64,000 bases of DNA from NCBI GenBank assembly GCA_043823065.1, contig JBDRBB010000008.1, positions 93,643 through 157,642 of the forward strand. The letters run 5' to 3'. This document shows, piece after piece, positions 1 to 9,301 of the stretch (positions are counted from its first letter, which is position 1; every line of letters begins with the position of its first letter). The position numbers were made by a program, and so were the translations under genes. This stretch comes from Pseudomonadota bacterium. Its GTDB lineage: Bacteria > UBA10199 > 2-02-FULL-44-16 > DYJF01. Below the pieces are notes generated by a model, which was not told where the DNA came from, ran no database searches, and saw nothing but the letters and a program-made list of their open reading frames with translations.

Positions 1-812
1 AATCTGCTATTGCCTTGGCCCAGACTGGGTTTAATCCAGAATACTTGGGAAATGCTGCTGGAGTTAAAGGAGCGGGTTTTTGTCTGAAAACATTTTTAAG
101 TTATTTTTATCAAAATCCGATTTCTGCTCATGACATTGAGATGGCTTTTGAACCCCAGGTTTTTATTCCTGGTTTTTCAGGAGATATTCACAAAGATCAA
201 ATTCAGTTTATTGCCCATTTACCAGTTGGTTTTCGTTCTCAGCAACCAGCAGGTATTAGCCGAGATTCAGTAGTAGGCATTGGTTCTTTGGCTATAAATA
301 TAGAGCATTTTTGGCATATTATAGATACTAAAGATTTAGAGATGTGGCTAGATCATGCCATTAGTTCTGGCTACCCAACAGCAACCGAACATCGTGGCGT
401 TAGAATTGGCGGCAATTCATTTGTGGTTGGAGCGTTTCAAGAATTTTTCCTGCGCTATAAATCCTATCTGTTTTCTATCATGCCAGTTTTTATTGATTGG
501 AGTTTTAAAGATAATGAAACCAATCAGCGTGCTGGATTTTCCATGAATGTGCTGAATGGCTCAATAGGTTATCAAATATTTCCTAATTTTGCTGCTGGGA
601 TCAATTTTGGTCTTTTGTTAGGTAATCTAGCTGGTTCAGAGGATGCCAATGGTGTGAAACTCCCAGTTTCAGCCAGGGCTTATGCTGGTCCAGCTTTTAA
701 TATTTCTTTTAATGATAATCTAGATCTGCAAATTGGTGGGATTTTTGATGTCTATACCAGGCAAAATACCAGGGGCCAGGGAATTTTTATGGCCTTGTGG
801 CACCATTTTTGA
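1..812 (+). CDS. Putative outer-membrane beta-barrel protein (5' partial; the ORF is open to the window edge)
   Basis: No in-frame stop back to position 3. Alternating hydrophobic pattern, Gly/Asn/Tyr-rich, C-terminal ...ALWHHF ending in Phe as in OMP beta-barrels. Confidence 0.35.
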   Translation, partial: SAIALAQTGFNPEYLGNAAGVKGAGFCLKTFLSYFYQNPISAHDIEMAFEPQVFIPGFSGDIHKDQIQFIAHLPVGFRSQQPAGISRDSVVGIGSLAINIEHFWHIIDTKDLEMWLDHAISSGYPTATEHRGVRIGGNSFVVGAFQEFFLRYKSYLFSIMPVFIDWSFKDNETNQRAGFSMNVLNGSIGYQIFPNFAAGINFGLLLGNLAGSEDANGVKLPVSARAYAGPAFNISFNDNLDLQIGGIFDVYTRQNTRGQGIFMALWHHF

Positions 813-834
813 TAAAAATGGCAAATCAAATAAT

Positions 835-870
835 GTCATTCTGAGGCGAAGTTGAAGGGCTCAGAATGAC
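835..870. repeat. REP-like hairpin, TGTCAT...ATGACA family (perfect 11-bp stem gtcattctgag/ctcagaatgac)
   Basis: Seen directly. Shares the TGTCAT/ATGACAA termini with the copies at 1589, 25036 and 52299. It sits in the leader of the next gene. Confidence 0.5.
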
Positions 871-889
871 AAACCATAAAGGGGGAGAT

Positions 890-1582
890 ATGCAAAGTCA
901 ACTTATGACCTGGAGGGATGCAATAGTGCAGGCCCTGCAAAGCTTTGTGAATGATATTGTGGCAGTTATACCCAATATCGTGGCTGCGATCGTAGTGCTG
1001 ATTGTGGGCTTAATTTTAGCCAGCTTACTGCGTCACGTAGCCAAGCGTCTCATAGCTTTGAGCAAATTAGATACCTTGCTCCAAAAAGCTGTGGGTTTTG
1101 GCAAGCTCAAAGAAAATGGGATGAACATTTCAGCTTCAGGCTTAGTGGGTTGGGTGGTGAAGTGGTTTGTAATTATTGTTACTTTTATTGCTGTAGCTGA
1201 TATTTTAAGATGGCAGCAGCTCACAAATTTCTTTGAAGCAGTTGCGCTTTATATTCCTAATGTGATTATTGCTGTTTTGATTCTCTTGTTTGGTTTTATT
1301 TTAGGTAGTGGTTTAAAAGAATTAGTAATCAAAGCTGTAAAAGCATCACAGTTTCCAGAAGCTTCAGTTGGTGTGCTAGGCACAGTTGCCCGCACTGCAG
1401 TTATTATTTTCTCATTCATGGCTGCCTTAACCCAATTGGGAGTGGCTTCTGATTTGGTAAAAATACTGTTTACCGCTTTTGTGGCTATGCTGGCTTTGGC
1501 TGGCGGCTTGGCTTTTGGTTTGGGCGGAAAAGATCATGCCACCAAATGGTTAAACAAAGTACGCAAAGAAATGGAACATTAA
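890..1582 (+). CDS. Polytopic membrane protein with repeated conserved TM-helix motifs (MscS-associated TM_helix type)
   Basis: Start moved from the ORF-track ATG at 866, which lies inside the hairpin, to ATG 890. That ATG is preceded by the SD AAAGGGGGAG. Multiple hydrophobic helices with a repeated pattern. Confidence 0.45.
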   Translation: MQSQLMTWRDAIVQALQSFVNDIVAVIPNIVAAIVVLIVGLILASLLRHVAKRLIALSKLDTLLQKAVGFGKLKENGMNISASGLVGWVVKWFVIIVTFIAVADILRWQQLTNFFEAVALYIPNVIIAVLILLFGFILGSGLKELVIKAVKASQFPEASVGVLGTVARTAVIIFSFMAALTQLGVASDLVKILFTAFVAMLALAGGLAFGLGGKDHATKWLNKVRKEMEH

Positions 1583-1588
1583 GAAAAG

Positions 1589-1627
1589 TTGTCATCGCGA
1601 GGAGCCTATGCTCCTCGCAATGACAAA
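1589..1627. repeat. REP-like hairpin (17-bp stem ttgtcatcgcgaggagc/gctcctcgcaatgacaa), probable bidirectional terminator
   Basis: Lies between convergent genes and overlaps the last 5 codons plus the stop of the ABC-F gene. Same TGTCAT...ATGACAA termini as the other copies. Confidence 0.5.
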
Positions 1628-3453
1628 TCAAACTCCTTCTCTTTTTCCTGATACAATTTAGCAGCTTTTTCTAGGTCGGCAAAAGTTTGATCTATTTTTT
1701 GCTGAATATTTGAGGCTTTTTTAGAGAGATTTATAACTTCTTCCATGTTTTGTGCTTCGTTGGCAATTTGCAATTGCTCATTAATGGTTTCCAACTGCTT
1801 TTCAAAATCGCAAATATTGTTTTCCAATTTTTCAATTTTTATTTTCAAAGGTTTAAGAGTTTTAGATTTTTCATTCAGGAGTTGGCCGCGTTTTTGGCGC
1901 AGCTCTTTTTTAGATAGTTGAGGTTGGTTTGCTGGTTTTGTTGTTTCTTTTAAATCTTTTTCTTCTTCCCAGCCAACTTGTCTTAAGAAATCATCGTAGC
2001 TGCCATGAAATAATTCTACATTGTCATGTTGAAAAACTAAAAGCTTGGTTGGAACGCGCTTGAGAATCATTTCATCATGAGTGACAATAATTACTGTTCC
2101 TGGAAAACGCTCTATGCTTTCCACCAAAGCTTCCACTGATTGCACGTCTAAATGGTTGGTTGGTTCATCCAGTAAGATTAAATTAGCTGGCGTGGCTAAG
2201 ATTTTAGCCAAAAGCACTCGGCTTTTTTCGCCACCAGAAAGTACGGAAATCTTTTTTAGGGCATCATCCCCACTAAACATCATTACCCCGCAAATGCCTC
2301 TTACTACAGTCCGTCCAAGATTGGGATTGCTGGTTTCCACTTCTTGTTCCACAGTTAGTTCTGAATTTAAGCGATCAATGTTGGTTTGGCCAAAATAGTC
2401 CAGTTTAGTGTTTACGCTATGTTTAATTTGTCCTTGCTTGGGGCTCAGTTCTTGGGCGATAAGTCTAAGCAAGGTAGATTTGCCTTTGCCGTTTTTGCCA
2501 ATTACTGCAATGCGATCATTAGTTTCCACAAAACAGCTAAGGTTTTTAATTAGTTCTTGTTTTGGTTCATAATAAAAACCAAGGTTTGTGATCTCCAACA
2601 TGGTTTTGCCGGGAAAGTCAGCAGCTTGAAAATCAAAACTCAAATCATAAAGCGTTTCCAGTTTTTGGCGTTCAGGTATTTTTTCCAACATGCGCCGCCT
2701 GGATTTGGCTTGAGTGGCTGTAGCTGGATTGGCGATATTTTTATCTATAAAAGTTTGTAATTGGCGACGCTGCTTTTCTTCACTTATTCTTTGTTTTTCA
2801 TAATGCTCTTCAAACTCATCAATAACCTTGGCCAGCTTGGCGGTAGATCCTTTAACCCTTAAAATATTTTGGCGATGAATAATTGCTGTGTGGGTGGTTA
2901 CATTGTCTAAAAAAGACTGATCATGCGAGATGATAATCATCTCATTTTTCCAAGATCTGATAAAACGAGTGATCCAACGGATAGCTACAATATCTAAATA
3001 GTTGGTTGGTTCATCTAAGAGTAAAAGATTGGGTTTAGAAACCAAGGCTTTGGCCAAACTTAAGCGCACTTGAAAACCGCCAGAAAGTTCGTGTGGGTCT
3101 TTGGTTAAATCTTCTTTGCTAAATCCTAGACCAAATAAAATTTCTTCTACTTTATAGTGATCATATTTTTCTTCAGATCTAAGTCCTTGGCAACCAACTT
3201 CCAGCACAGTTGGAACATTAAACTTAAGATGCTGGGAAAGATGTGAAATCTGATAATTTTTAGGTGAGATTATTTCGCCGCTGTCTAGACCTTCTTCGCC
3301 AGAAATTATTTTAAATAAAGTGGATTTGCCTGAGCCATTTCTGCCAATTAATCCTAGGCGCATTTCTGGTTCAATTTGAAGAGAACCCTTATCTAAGATA
3401 AGGTGTTTGCCAAAAGATTTTGTAATTTCATGCAAGCGAATCATGATGAGCAA
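1606..3453 (-). CDS. ABC-F family ATPase (two ABC cassettes plus C-terminal coiled coil, Uup/EttA-like)
   Basis: Two Walker A motifs (GRNGSGKST, GKNGKGKST), two LSGG signatures (LSGGFQVRL, LSGGEKSRV) and a charged coiled-coil C-terminus. Confidence 0.85.
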   Translation of the reverse strand: MLIMIRLHEITKSFGKHLILDKGSLQIEPEMRLGLIGRNGSGKSTLFKIISGEEGLDSGEIISPKNYQISHLSQHLKFNVPTVLEVGCQGLRSEEKYDHYKVEEILFGLGFSKEDLTKDPHELSGGFQVRLSLAKALVSKPNLLLLDEPTNYLDIVAIRWITRFIRSWKNEMIIISHDQSFLDNVTTHTAIIHRQNILRVKGSTAKLAKVIDEFEEHYEKQRISEEKQRRQLQTFIDKNIANPATATQAKSRRRMLEKIPERQKLETLYDLSFDFQAADFPGKTMLEITNLGFYYEPKQELIKNLSCFVETNDRIAVIGKNGKGKSTLLRLIAQELSPKQGQIKHSVNTKLDYFGQTNIDRLNSELTVEQEVETSNPNLGRTVVRGICGVMMFSGDDALKKISVLSGGEKSRVLLAKILATPANLILLDEPTNHLDVQSVEALVESIERFPGTVIIVTHDEMILKRVPTKLLVFQHDNVELFHGSYDDFLRQVGWEEEKDLKETTKPANQPQLSKKELRQKRGQLLNEKSKTLKPLKIKIEKLENNICDFEKQLETINEQLQIANEAQNMEEVINLSKKASNIQQKIDQTFADLEKAAKLYQEKEKEFDLSLRGA

Positions 3454-3462
3454 ACACTAATA

Positions 3463-3966
3463 CTAATTAGGGGTTCTCCAATCAATAAGAATATTGGTTG
3501 GTTTTTGAGGATCCACAAATACAGGAAAAACATTCCCTGGAGAAATTCTATTTAAGTAAAGCAAGCCAACATATTCTTCATGTTGAATAATATAGGGTTT
3601 TCTGTTGGGCAGCGTAATTTCCAGCTCAAAAGCTATTTTAGGGGCATTATTTAACATTGAACCTGTTTCTTCGCAGGAAATTAGCTTGGCTGTTCCTTGA
3701 AGGCCATTTTCCCACAGCCAAGTGGCATGTCTGTTACCGTGTTTAGCCCACAACAAAACGCTAAATATTCCGATAAAAGGAGAGATTATAAAGAAAACTG
3801 CCAGCAAGATCATCTCTGATCTACGGGACATAATATCAAAGGTGCCAGGGACATAAGAGCCAACTTGAATAGCAAGAAATAATATAAATAAACCAACTAG
3901 CACAGCAGTAGTGGTTACTAAAGTGAAAATCCAAGAGGCATGTTTTGTTGGTTTCCAAACTCCCAT
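3463..3966 (-). CDS. Hypothetical membrane protein
   Basis: Start trimmed to the internal ATG (MGVWKP...) so that it abuts the pilin stop. N-terminal TM helices plus a C-terminal soluble domain. Confidence 0.4.
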   Translation of the reverse strand: MGVWKPTKHASWIFTLVTTTAVLVGLFILFLAIQVGSYVPGTFDIMSRRSEMILLAVFFIISPFIGIFSVLLWAKHGNRHATWLWENGLQGTAKLISCEETGSMLNNAPKIAFELEITLPNRKPYIIQHEEYVGLLYLNRISPGNVFPVFVDPQKPTNILIDWRTPN

Positions 3967-3967
3967 C

Positions 3968-4375
3968 TTAATCCTCAGTATAGGTGAAAGTTCCAGCGCT
4001 GTCATCATATTCATACTGAGATCCGGTAGGTCCCTGATAGTTGGTGTCATCTATTTTGCTCCAACCTCCAGTTGTAATGCCGCTTTTAATTACATCATCA
4101 AAACAAGGGTTGGTGCGGGTGCAATTTCCAGCTGCAGAATTATCCAGCTCTGCTGGATATCCATCGCAAGCGCCATCAATGCAGCTGCTGACATAATAAA
4201 GACTAATGCCAGATCTAACAGCTGAGACCACACCTTCTTCAGCATTGATCCTGGCTTGGGTTAGAGAAATATTAAAGATATTGGGTAGGGCTGAAACCAC
4301 CAATAAACCTAAAATAGCTATGACCAAAACTAGCTCAATTAAGGTGAATCCAGATGCTTCTTTTGACATGCCCAT
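3968..4375 (-). CDS. Type IV pilin / pseudopilin-like protein (prepilin N-terminal cleavage-methylation domain)
   Basis: N-terminus MSKEASG|FTLIELVLVIAILGLL is the canonical prepilin leader followed by the FTLIE motif. Cys pair in the C-terminal region. Confidence 0.7.
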   Translation of the reverse strand: MGMSKEASGFTLIELVLVIAILGLLVVSALPNIFNISLTQARINAEEGVVSAVRSGISLYYVSSCIDGACDGYPAELDNSAAGNCTRTNPCFDDVIKSGITTGGWSKIDDTNYQGPTGSQYEYDDSAGTFTYTED

Positions 4376-4426
4376 TATATTTAATAAGTAATGTTTTTTA
4401 CTTAATTTTGCAAATTCATAATAAAA

Positions 4427-4457
4427 AGAGAGCCCTTATCGTTTGATAAGGGCTCTT
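4427..4457 (-). terminator. Rho-independent terminator downstream of the 4486..4899 gene
   Basis: Stem agagcccttatc/gataagggctct, followed on the minus strand by a TTTTTATT run. Confidence 0.5.
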
Positions 4458-4485
4458 TAAATCTAATTAGTTTGAATATTTTTAA

Positions 4486-4899
4486 TTATGCTGTTTGGAG
4501 ATGAGCTTGCTCTTGTTTTCCAAAAACCAAGATCAAAAATAAGATGATGTTAACTACTGGCACTAAAGCTATGACAATTCCCCACCAGCCTGGCTTGCCC
4601 AAGCGCTCACAAATAGCCATCCACAGCAAAATAGCAAAAACCAGATTTACAATGGGAATTAGAAACATGAAGAACCACCACCAGGGTTTGCCGCCAATTT
4701 TTATTACTAGAAAAATATTGGCAATAGGAATTAAGGCCCAGATAAAACTGGAACCCATGGGCATGCCCACTTTTTTGGCTAGTCTAGCCAGGCAATAGGC
4801 ACAAAAAACATAGAGCACGAGAAAGACAATTAGAGAGCCAACTCCCATCCATGGTGATTGCGGTGCCATTTCTTGCACTTGCAAAATTTCTTGTTCCAT
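4486..4899 (-). CDS. Small polytopic membrane protein with an internal duplication (DUF5684-like)
   Basis: Two repeated units: (IPIANIFLVIKIGGKPWWWFF / LVPVVNIILFLIL with GKPGWWG). SD AAAGGGGGA is supplied by the 31-bp repeat just upstream. Confidence 0.5.
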   Translation of the reverse strand: MEQEILQVQEMAPQSPWMGVGSLIVFLVLYVFCAYCLARLAKKVGMPMGSSFIWALIPIANIFLVIKIGGKPWWWFFMFLIPIVNLVFAILLWMAICERLGKPGWWGIVIALVPVVNIILFLILVFGKQEQAHLQTA

Positions 4900-4902
4900 A
4901 CT

Positions 4903-4933
4903 TCCCCCTTTGTTGGTTTTGATAGGTTATATT
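4903..4933. repeat. 31-bp direct repeat, copy 1 (reverse complement AATATAACCTATCAAAACCAACAAAGGGGGA)
   Basis: Identical to 6883..6913. Contains the histidine-kinase stop codon and the SD for the downstream gene. Confidence 0.6.
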
Positions 4934-6114
4934 GGTAATAAAATAACAAAATTAGAGCCCTTGCCAAGCTGAGATTCCAAGTGGATGCTCCCTTCATAGG
5001 CAGATACAATGTGTTTAACAATAGCCAGTCCCAGGCCAGCACCTTTAATATTTCCTGTAAAATACTTGTCTATCTGATAAAATTTATCAAATATTTTCTC
5101 TCTTTCTTCCGGTGGAATGCCAGGCCCGTTATCAGAGATTGAAAGATTGATTTTACCCCCTTCTTTTTTAACGCTAATATTGATTTTGATAATTTCTTTA
5201 TCATTAAATGTTATAGCATTTTCTAAAAGATTTCTTGCTATCCAATTCAGGTGGTTTCTATTTATATTTAGAGTTATATTTTCTACATTCTCAGTGTCAA
5301 ATTCTAGTTTCTTGTCTCTTGCGAATTGACTAAATTCATGAGTTAGATTTAATAAATAAGGTTTTAATTCTATAGCTTCTTTTGTTGTTTCTAATTTTTG
5401 ACCTTCCAGATTTGAAAAACCTATTAGTTTTTCGATTAAATTTTCCAAGGTGTCAGTTTTTTCTTGAATGGTAGTGACAAACTTCATTTGTTTTTCATTA
5501 AGCGCTCCTAATGTTTTGTCCCCTAAGATTTCTATGCTTCCCCTTAAAACTGTAAGAGGGGTGCGCAACTTATGGGAAATAAGATTGATGAAAATTTTCT
5601 TTAATGTTTCTTCTTGGCGAGCCTCTGTTACATTTCGCAAAATCCAAATAATATTGGTAATATTACCCCGCTGATCTTTTAATATGTCTAAGCTGCCTTC
5701 CAAGTATAGAGTTGTAAACTGCTCTGTTTCTTCTCGTACTAAATCAAACTTTTTATGGGGTTTTGAGACATCTAACAACTCCTCCTTACTCATGCTGATT
5801 TTGTATTGGTTAAACATGATTTCCTGTAAGTTAGCATTTTCATAATTTGTTAGGTTTAAATACCCTTGAGCCGTTTTGTTAATAGAAATGATTTTACAAT
5901 CTGGATTGCAGACAATAATTCCATCTCCCAAATTTTGAACAATAGTTTCAAATTTCTCTTTTTCTGCCTGTTCTTTAACTTTTTGTAATTCTGCTTGAAT
6001 ATGTCGTAAGCGTGTAATTGTTTCACCAATTATTTGTTTTTCTTGTGCTAAGAATATTTCTAGACTCTTGGCTCGAAAACGGTATTCTAATAGTTCTATT
6101 TTTTTGGTATCCAT
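4927..6114 (-). CDS. Sensor histidine kinase (PAS plus HisKA plus HATPase_c), no obvious TM segment
   Basis: H-box LISHKLRTPLTVLRGSIEIL. G-boxes SDNGPGIP and GAGLGLAIV. Confidence 0.85.
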   Translation of the reverse strand: MDTKKIELLEYRFRAKSLEIFLAQEKQIIGETITRLRHIQAELQKVKEQAEKEKFETIVQNLGDGIIVCNPDCKIISINKTAQGYLNLTNYENANLQEIMFNQYKISMSKEELLDVSKPHKKFDLVREETEQFTTLYLEGSLDILKDQRGNITNIIWILRNVTEARQEETLKKIFINLISHKLRTPLTVLRGSIEILGDKTLGALNEKQMKFVTTIQEKTDTLENLIEKLIGFSNLEGQKLETTKEAIELKPYLLNLTHEFSQFARDKKLEFDTENVENITLNINRNHLNWIARNLLENAITFNDKEIIKINISVKKEGGKINLSISDNGPGIPPEEREKIFDKFYQIDKYFTGNIKGAGLGLAIVKHIVSAYEGSIHLESQLGKGSNFVILLPI

Positions 6115-6875
6115 CCGTATAATTCCTCCTCAGTCAATTGAGAATCAATTCCACACTGAAGTTTGCTTAAAGCATCAATGCATTTGGGTATCATGTCTGC
6201 TTTGATGATTGAGCCATGTTGGGGCAAGATCATCGCTAGATCTAGCTTGCTGACCCTGGTCATAACTGCGTTTAAATGTTTGTTGCTGGCCATAAAGCCC
6301 ACATGAAAACTTTCCATTTGTTTTTCATATCCTTGTTCAGCATAAAGTTTCCATCCTTTGGATATGGCGCCAAAAATATCAGAGGAAAACAACAACTTCT
6401 GTTTAGCATCGTAGGTCATTAAGGCTGCTGGAAAATGACAAAAAGGAGTAGTTATGAATTTTAGTTGGCGACCGCTTTTGAGAGTAAGAGAATGCTTATG
6501 TTTATCTACCGGATAAATTTCACTTTTTATGTCATAATATTTGATAAGCACAGCTGCGCGTGAGTGGGTCACAATTTTTAATTGTTTATTTGGAATTAAA
6601 TCTTCTAAAAGAGGTACTGCAGCGCAAATATCTGGATCTTGATGATGCAAAACTATATAGCTGACTTGTTGAGGATCTATTAAAGAGAAGATTTTTCCTG
6701 CTACTTTGGGAAACTCCCTGGTCCCAGCAGGATCAAAGATCACTGCTTCTTCTCCATCTATTAATAGATAAGGATTGCAGTGAAAGGCAGCTTGCTCATC
6801 ATAAAAACCAACCCAATATACGCCTTCTACTATTTCAATTGGTTCAAGATAATCATATAATAACTTCTCTGCCAT
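6096..6875 (-). CDS. Metallo-beta-lactamase-fold protein, possibly an ODP-like di-iron sensor partner of the kinase
   Basis: LHHQDPD motif. Overlaps the kinase start by 19 nt, suggesting translational coupling. Size (~260 aa) and context (adjacent to a histidine kinase) resemble stand-alone oxygen-binding di-iron (ODP) proteins. Confidence 0.55.
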   Translation of the reverse strand: MAEKLLYDYLEPIEIVEGVYWVGFYDEQAAFHCNPYLLIDGEEAVIFDPAGTREFPKVAGKIFSLIDPQQVSYIVLHHQDPDICAAVPLLEDLIPNKQLKIVTHSRAAVLIKYYDIKSEIYPVDKHKHSLTLKSGRQLKFITTPFCHFPAALMTYDAKQKLLFSSDIFGAISKGWKLYAEQGYEKQMESFHVGFMASNKHLNAVMTRVSKLDLAMILPQHGSIIKADMIPKCIDALSKLQCGIDSQLTEEELYGWIPKK

Positions 6876-6882
6876 GTTATAA

Positions 6883-6913
6883 TCCCCCTTTGTTGGTTTT
6901 GATAGGTTATATT
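6883..6913. repeat. 31-bp direct repeat, copy 2
   Basis: Identical to 4903..4933. Supplies the SD (AAAGGGGGA) immediately upstream of the MBL-fold gene ATG. Confidence 0.6.
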
Positions 6914-7110
6914 TTACAGAAATTAGAGGCAGGAGAAAAGTAATTAATTTCTAGGCCATTTGTGCTGACAAACCTTTTTTAAGAATATGTTTTTGGATTA
7001 AATTTTTGCCAAAGACAAAATATAACATTAACCCAATGCTAGCCAAGAATATTAATCCAAAGCCAAATCTTGTTTAGGTTGGCAATTAAAACCCCCTAAA
7101 AACCTTAATT

Positions 7111-8952
7111 TTATTGCCTGGTGGCATTTATAGTAAAGGTATACTCATCCATACTTGATTGCTTGGTGCCAGATGCTGTCATGGTATTGCCTGAAATCGT
7201 GGCTGTAAATGGGGCCACATTTGTAACATCAAGATCAAAGAATGAGAATTCATAATTGCCGTTGCTAAGTACTGTGCCTGCTAGCGTGCCTTCAGAGCTG
7301 TGGATGTCTGGTGGACAGCTAAGTGTTGGATCTTCTGACACTACACTCTCTTGGATGTTAGTAAAATAACTTGTTCCAGAAAGTATGCCTGCTTCGTTGG
7401 TTATGGACATCGATATATTGCCGGTGGTGGTATAGGTGCAAACCCATACGCCGTTAAACACGTCAACAATTTCATAGGTTCCAGACCAGGTTTCGGTGCC
7501 TTCTGTGCCGCCTCCTCCATCTGCTGAAACAATGGTCAGAATGATTTCTTCAGATATGCCGTTTATAGTCACGGTTATTCTAACCGTGCCTGGCCCAACT
7601 CCAGTAACCAAGCACTCTTCGTCAACTGTGGCCACTGAAGTATCATCAGCAACGCAGCTATAGAGGAAATCTTCCAGTTCGTTTCCTGAAATGTCATAGG
7701 CGCTTGGTATCAGCTGAAGCAAGTAGCCGTCACATAGCTCATCGCTCTCAACACTTACATTTACGCTGGCCACGGCAGTTGCCGGGTTGCCATTGGCATT
7801 GGCCAAGTCCCAGACGTCGTTAAGCTCAGCCCCACCACCAGCCTCACCAGCAAAAATTATCATGCGGTTGGTTGCCTGGGCATAGGCAATGCCAAGGTAG
7901 CGACGCGCAGTTGGAACTGGATTGCAAACCACATAGGTGCTCCAGGTAGGTGAGGTTCCGCGGGAATCAAGCAATATGGAGACTTCGTTTAATGCTGTAT
8001 TTGAGGCATTAACGCCGCCAAAGACAATCATTCGATCTTGAGTAGGATCATATACTGCGCTGTGACTATATCTGTTTTCAGTTGAAGCTGAAGGGGACAA
8101 ATTGGTCCAGCTAGGTGTTTCGCCTGTGCCGTTGGCATTGGAAAGTACCCACGTATCATTTTTAGAAGATGAAGCAACGCTGGTGCGTGAAGTAGAAGTG
8201 CTGCCTCCAAAAATGATCAAGCGATTGTCTGTTGAATCATAAACAGCGCTGGCCGCAAGCCTGGCTGAAGGTGCTGTTCCAGAAGGGGTTAGCTGTTGCC
8301 AGGTTGGAGCAGTTGTTGCATTGGTGATAAGATAGACATTGTTATACAACGTGCAGGTAGAAGTTCCGCAGGCTCTGCCGCCAAACAAAATAAGCGTATC
8401 ATTTGTTTCATCATAGGCAAAAGCCATTATAGCTCTAGATGAAGGTGCGGTTCCAGCAATAGCTGGATTGGTCCAAACAGGCGCACCTCCAGTGCCATTG
8501 GCATTGGAGAGTAGCCACAGATCCATATAAATTCCTGCTGAGTCAGAACCACCAAAGAGGATAAAATTATTGGCATTACTGTTATAGGCAACAGCAGAAA
8601 ATGCCCGGGCTGCAGGCGGGCCTCCAACTGGAGCTAGCTCTGTCCAAGCAGGAGTGTCAGTTCCTGAAGCATTGGTTAGAACAAAAATATCATTAAGATA
8701 GTTTGTGCCGTCATACCCCCCAAAAGAAATAAGGATGTTGTTGGTTGCATCATAGGCCACGCCTGGCGAATAGCGTTCAGACGGGCTGGTCCCGGTTGGA
8801 GAATGTTGGGTCCATACAGATGCGCAGGTAGCTGTGCTTGTATAATTTAAACAGACAAGTTCACCACCACCAGACCCGCCGCCACCGCCACAACTAGCCA
8901 AGCAGATAATACTAAAACAAAATACTAATATTGTTCTGATCTGTTTTTTCAT
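7111..8952 (-). CDS. Kelch-repeat beta-propeller lipoprotein with a C-terminal bacterial Ig-like (Big_2-like) domain
   Basis: Signal peptide plus lipobox LASCGGGGGSGGG. Repeated motifs (NxLIxFGG, YDxTNNxLIxFGG, VYDSTDNRLIIFGG) typical of Kelch blades. Confidence 0.7.
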   Translation of the reverse strand: MKKQIRTILVFCFSIICLASCGGGGGSGGGELVCLNYTSTATCASVWTQHSPTGTSPSERYSPGVAYDATNNILISFGGYDGTNYLNDIFVLTNASGTDTPAWTELAPVGGPPAARAFSAVAYNSNANNFILFGGSDSAGIYMDLWLLSNANGTGGAPVWTNPAIAGTAPSSRAIMAFAYDETNDTLILFGGRACGTSTCTLYNNVYLITNATTAPTWQQLTPSGTAPSARLAASAVYDSTDNRLIIFGGSTSTSRTSVASSSKNDTWVLSNANGTGETPSWTNLSPSASTENRYSHSAVYDPTQDRMIVFGGVNASNTALNEVSILLDSRGTSPTWSTYVVCNPVPTARRYLGIAYAQATNRMIIFAGEAGGGAELNDVWDLANANGNPATAVASVNVSVESDELCDGYLLQLIPSAYDISGNELEDFLYSCVADDTSVATVDEECLVTGVGPGTVRITVTINGISEEIILTIVSADGGGGTEGTETWSGTYEIVDVFNGVWVCTYTTTGNISMSITNEAGILSGTSYFTNIQESVVSEDPTLSCPPDIHSSEGTLAGTVLSNGNYEFSFFDLDVTNVAPFTATISGNTMTASGTKQSSMDEYTFTINATRQ

Positions 8953-9301
8953 AACCCAACCTCCGAATGAAAAAACTCCACCAATATGATTGGCTTGTAG
9001 AAGATTCTATTTCCGCCAGTGGTAGTTGTCAAAATCTATTATTTCACGATCTAGGCTAAATTACGCTGATCCAATATTTAGTGCCAGGTTAAAAATAGTA
9101 TGTTATAAGCATTGAAGATTAATATGAATAAAATAAAAAATATTTATTATAATTGTGATTGTGTTTTTTGGCGTAAGCCTGAATAGCTGCGGCTCAGGTT
9201 CAGCATCTATCAAGGACACATTGTATCCTCGTGTAAAACAACGCCTTGTCTGGTTTTAGATTTTATAGTATATGTAACACAACTCAAAAGGAGGGAGCGT
9301 T

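Noticed and set aside
798-812. TGGCAC-N5-TTGA resembling a sigma-54 -24/-12 element upstream of the 890 gene
   Set aside because: The conserved -12 GC is GA here, and the motif overlaps the stop codon of the upstream ORF. It is too weak to call.
866-889. ATG at 866 as the start of the 866..1582 ORF
   Set aside because: That ATG lies within the 3' arm of the REP-like hairpin and has no SD. The ATG at 890 has SD AAAGGGGGAG at ideal spacing.
8028-8627. Two short minus-strand ORFs inside the Kelch gene, and similar antisense or overlapping ORFs elsewhere (e.g. 2081..2398, 12337..12799, 21081..21462, 32087..32494)
   Set aside because: They are nested in or antisense to well-supported long genes. 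They have no SD or motifs and are typical random frames in low-GC DNA.
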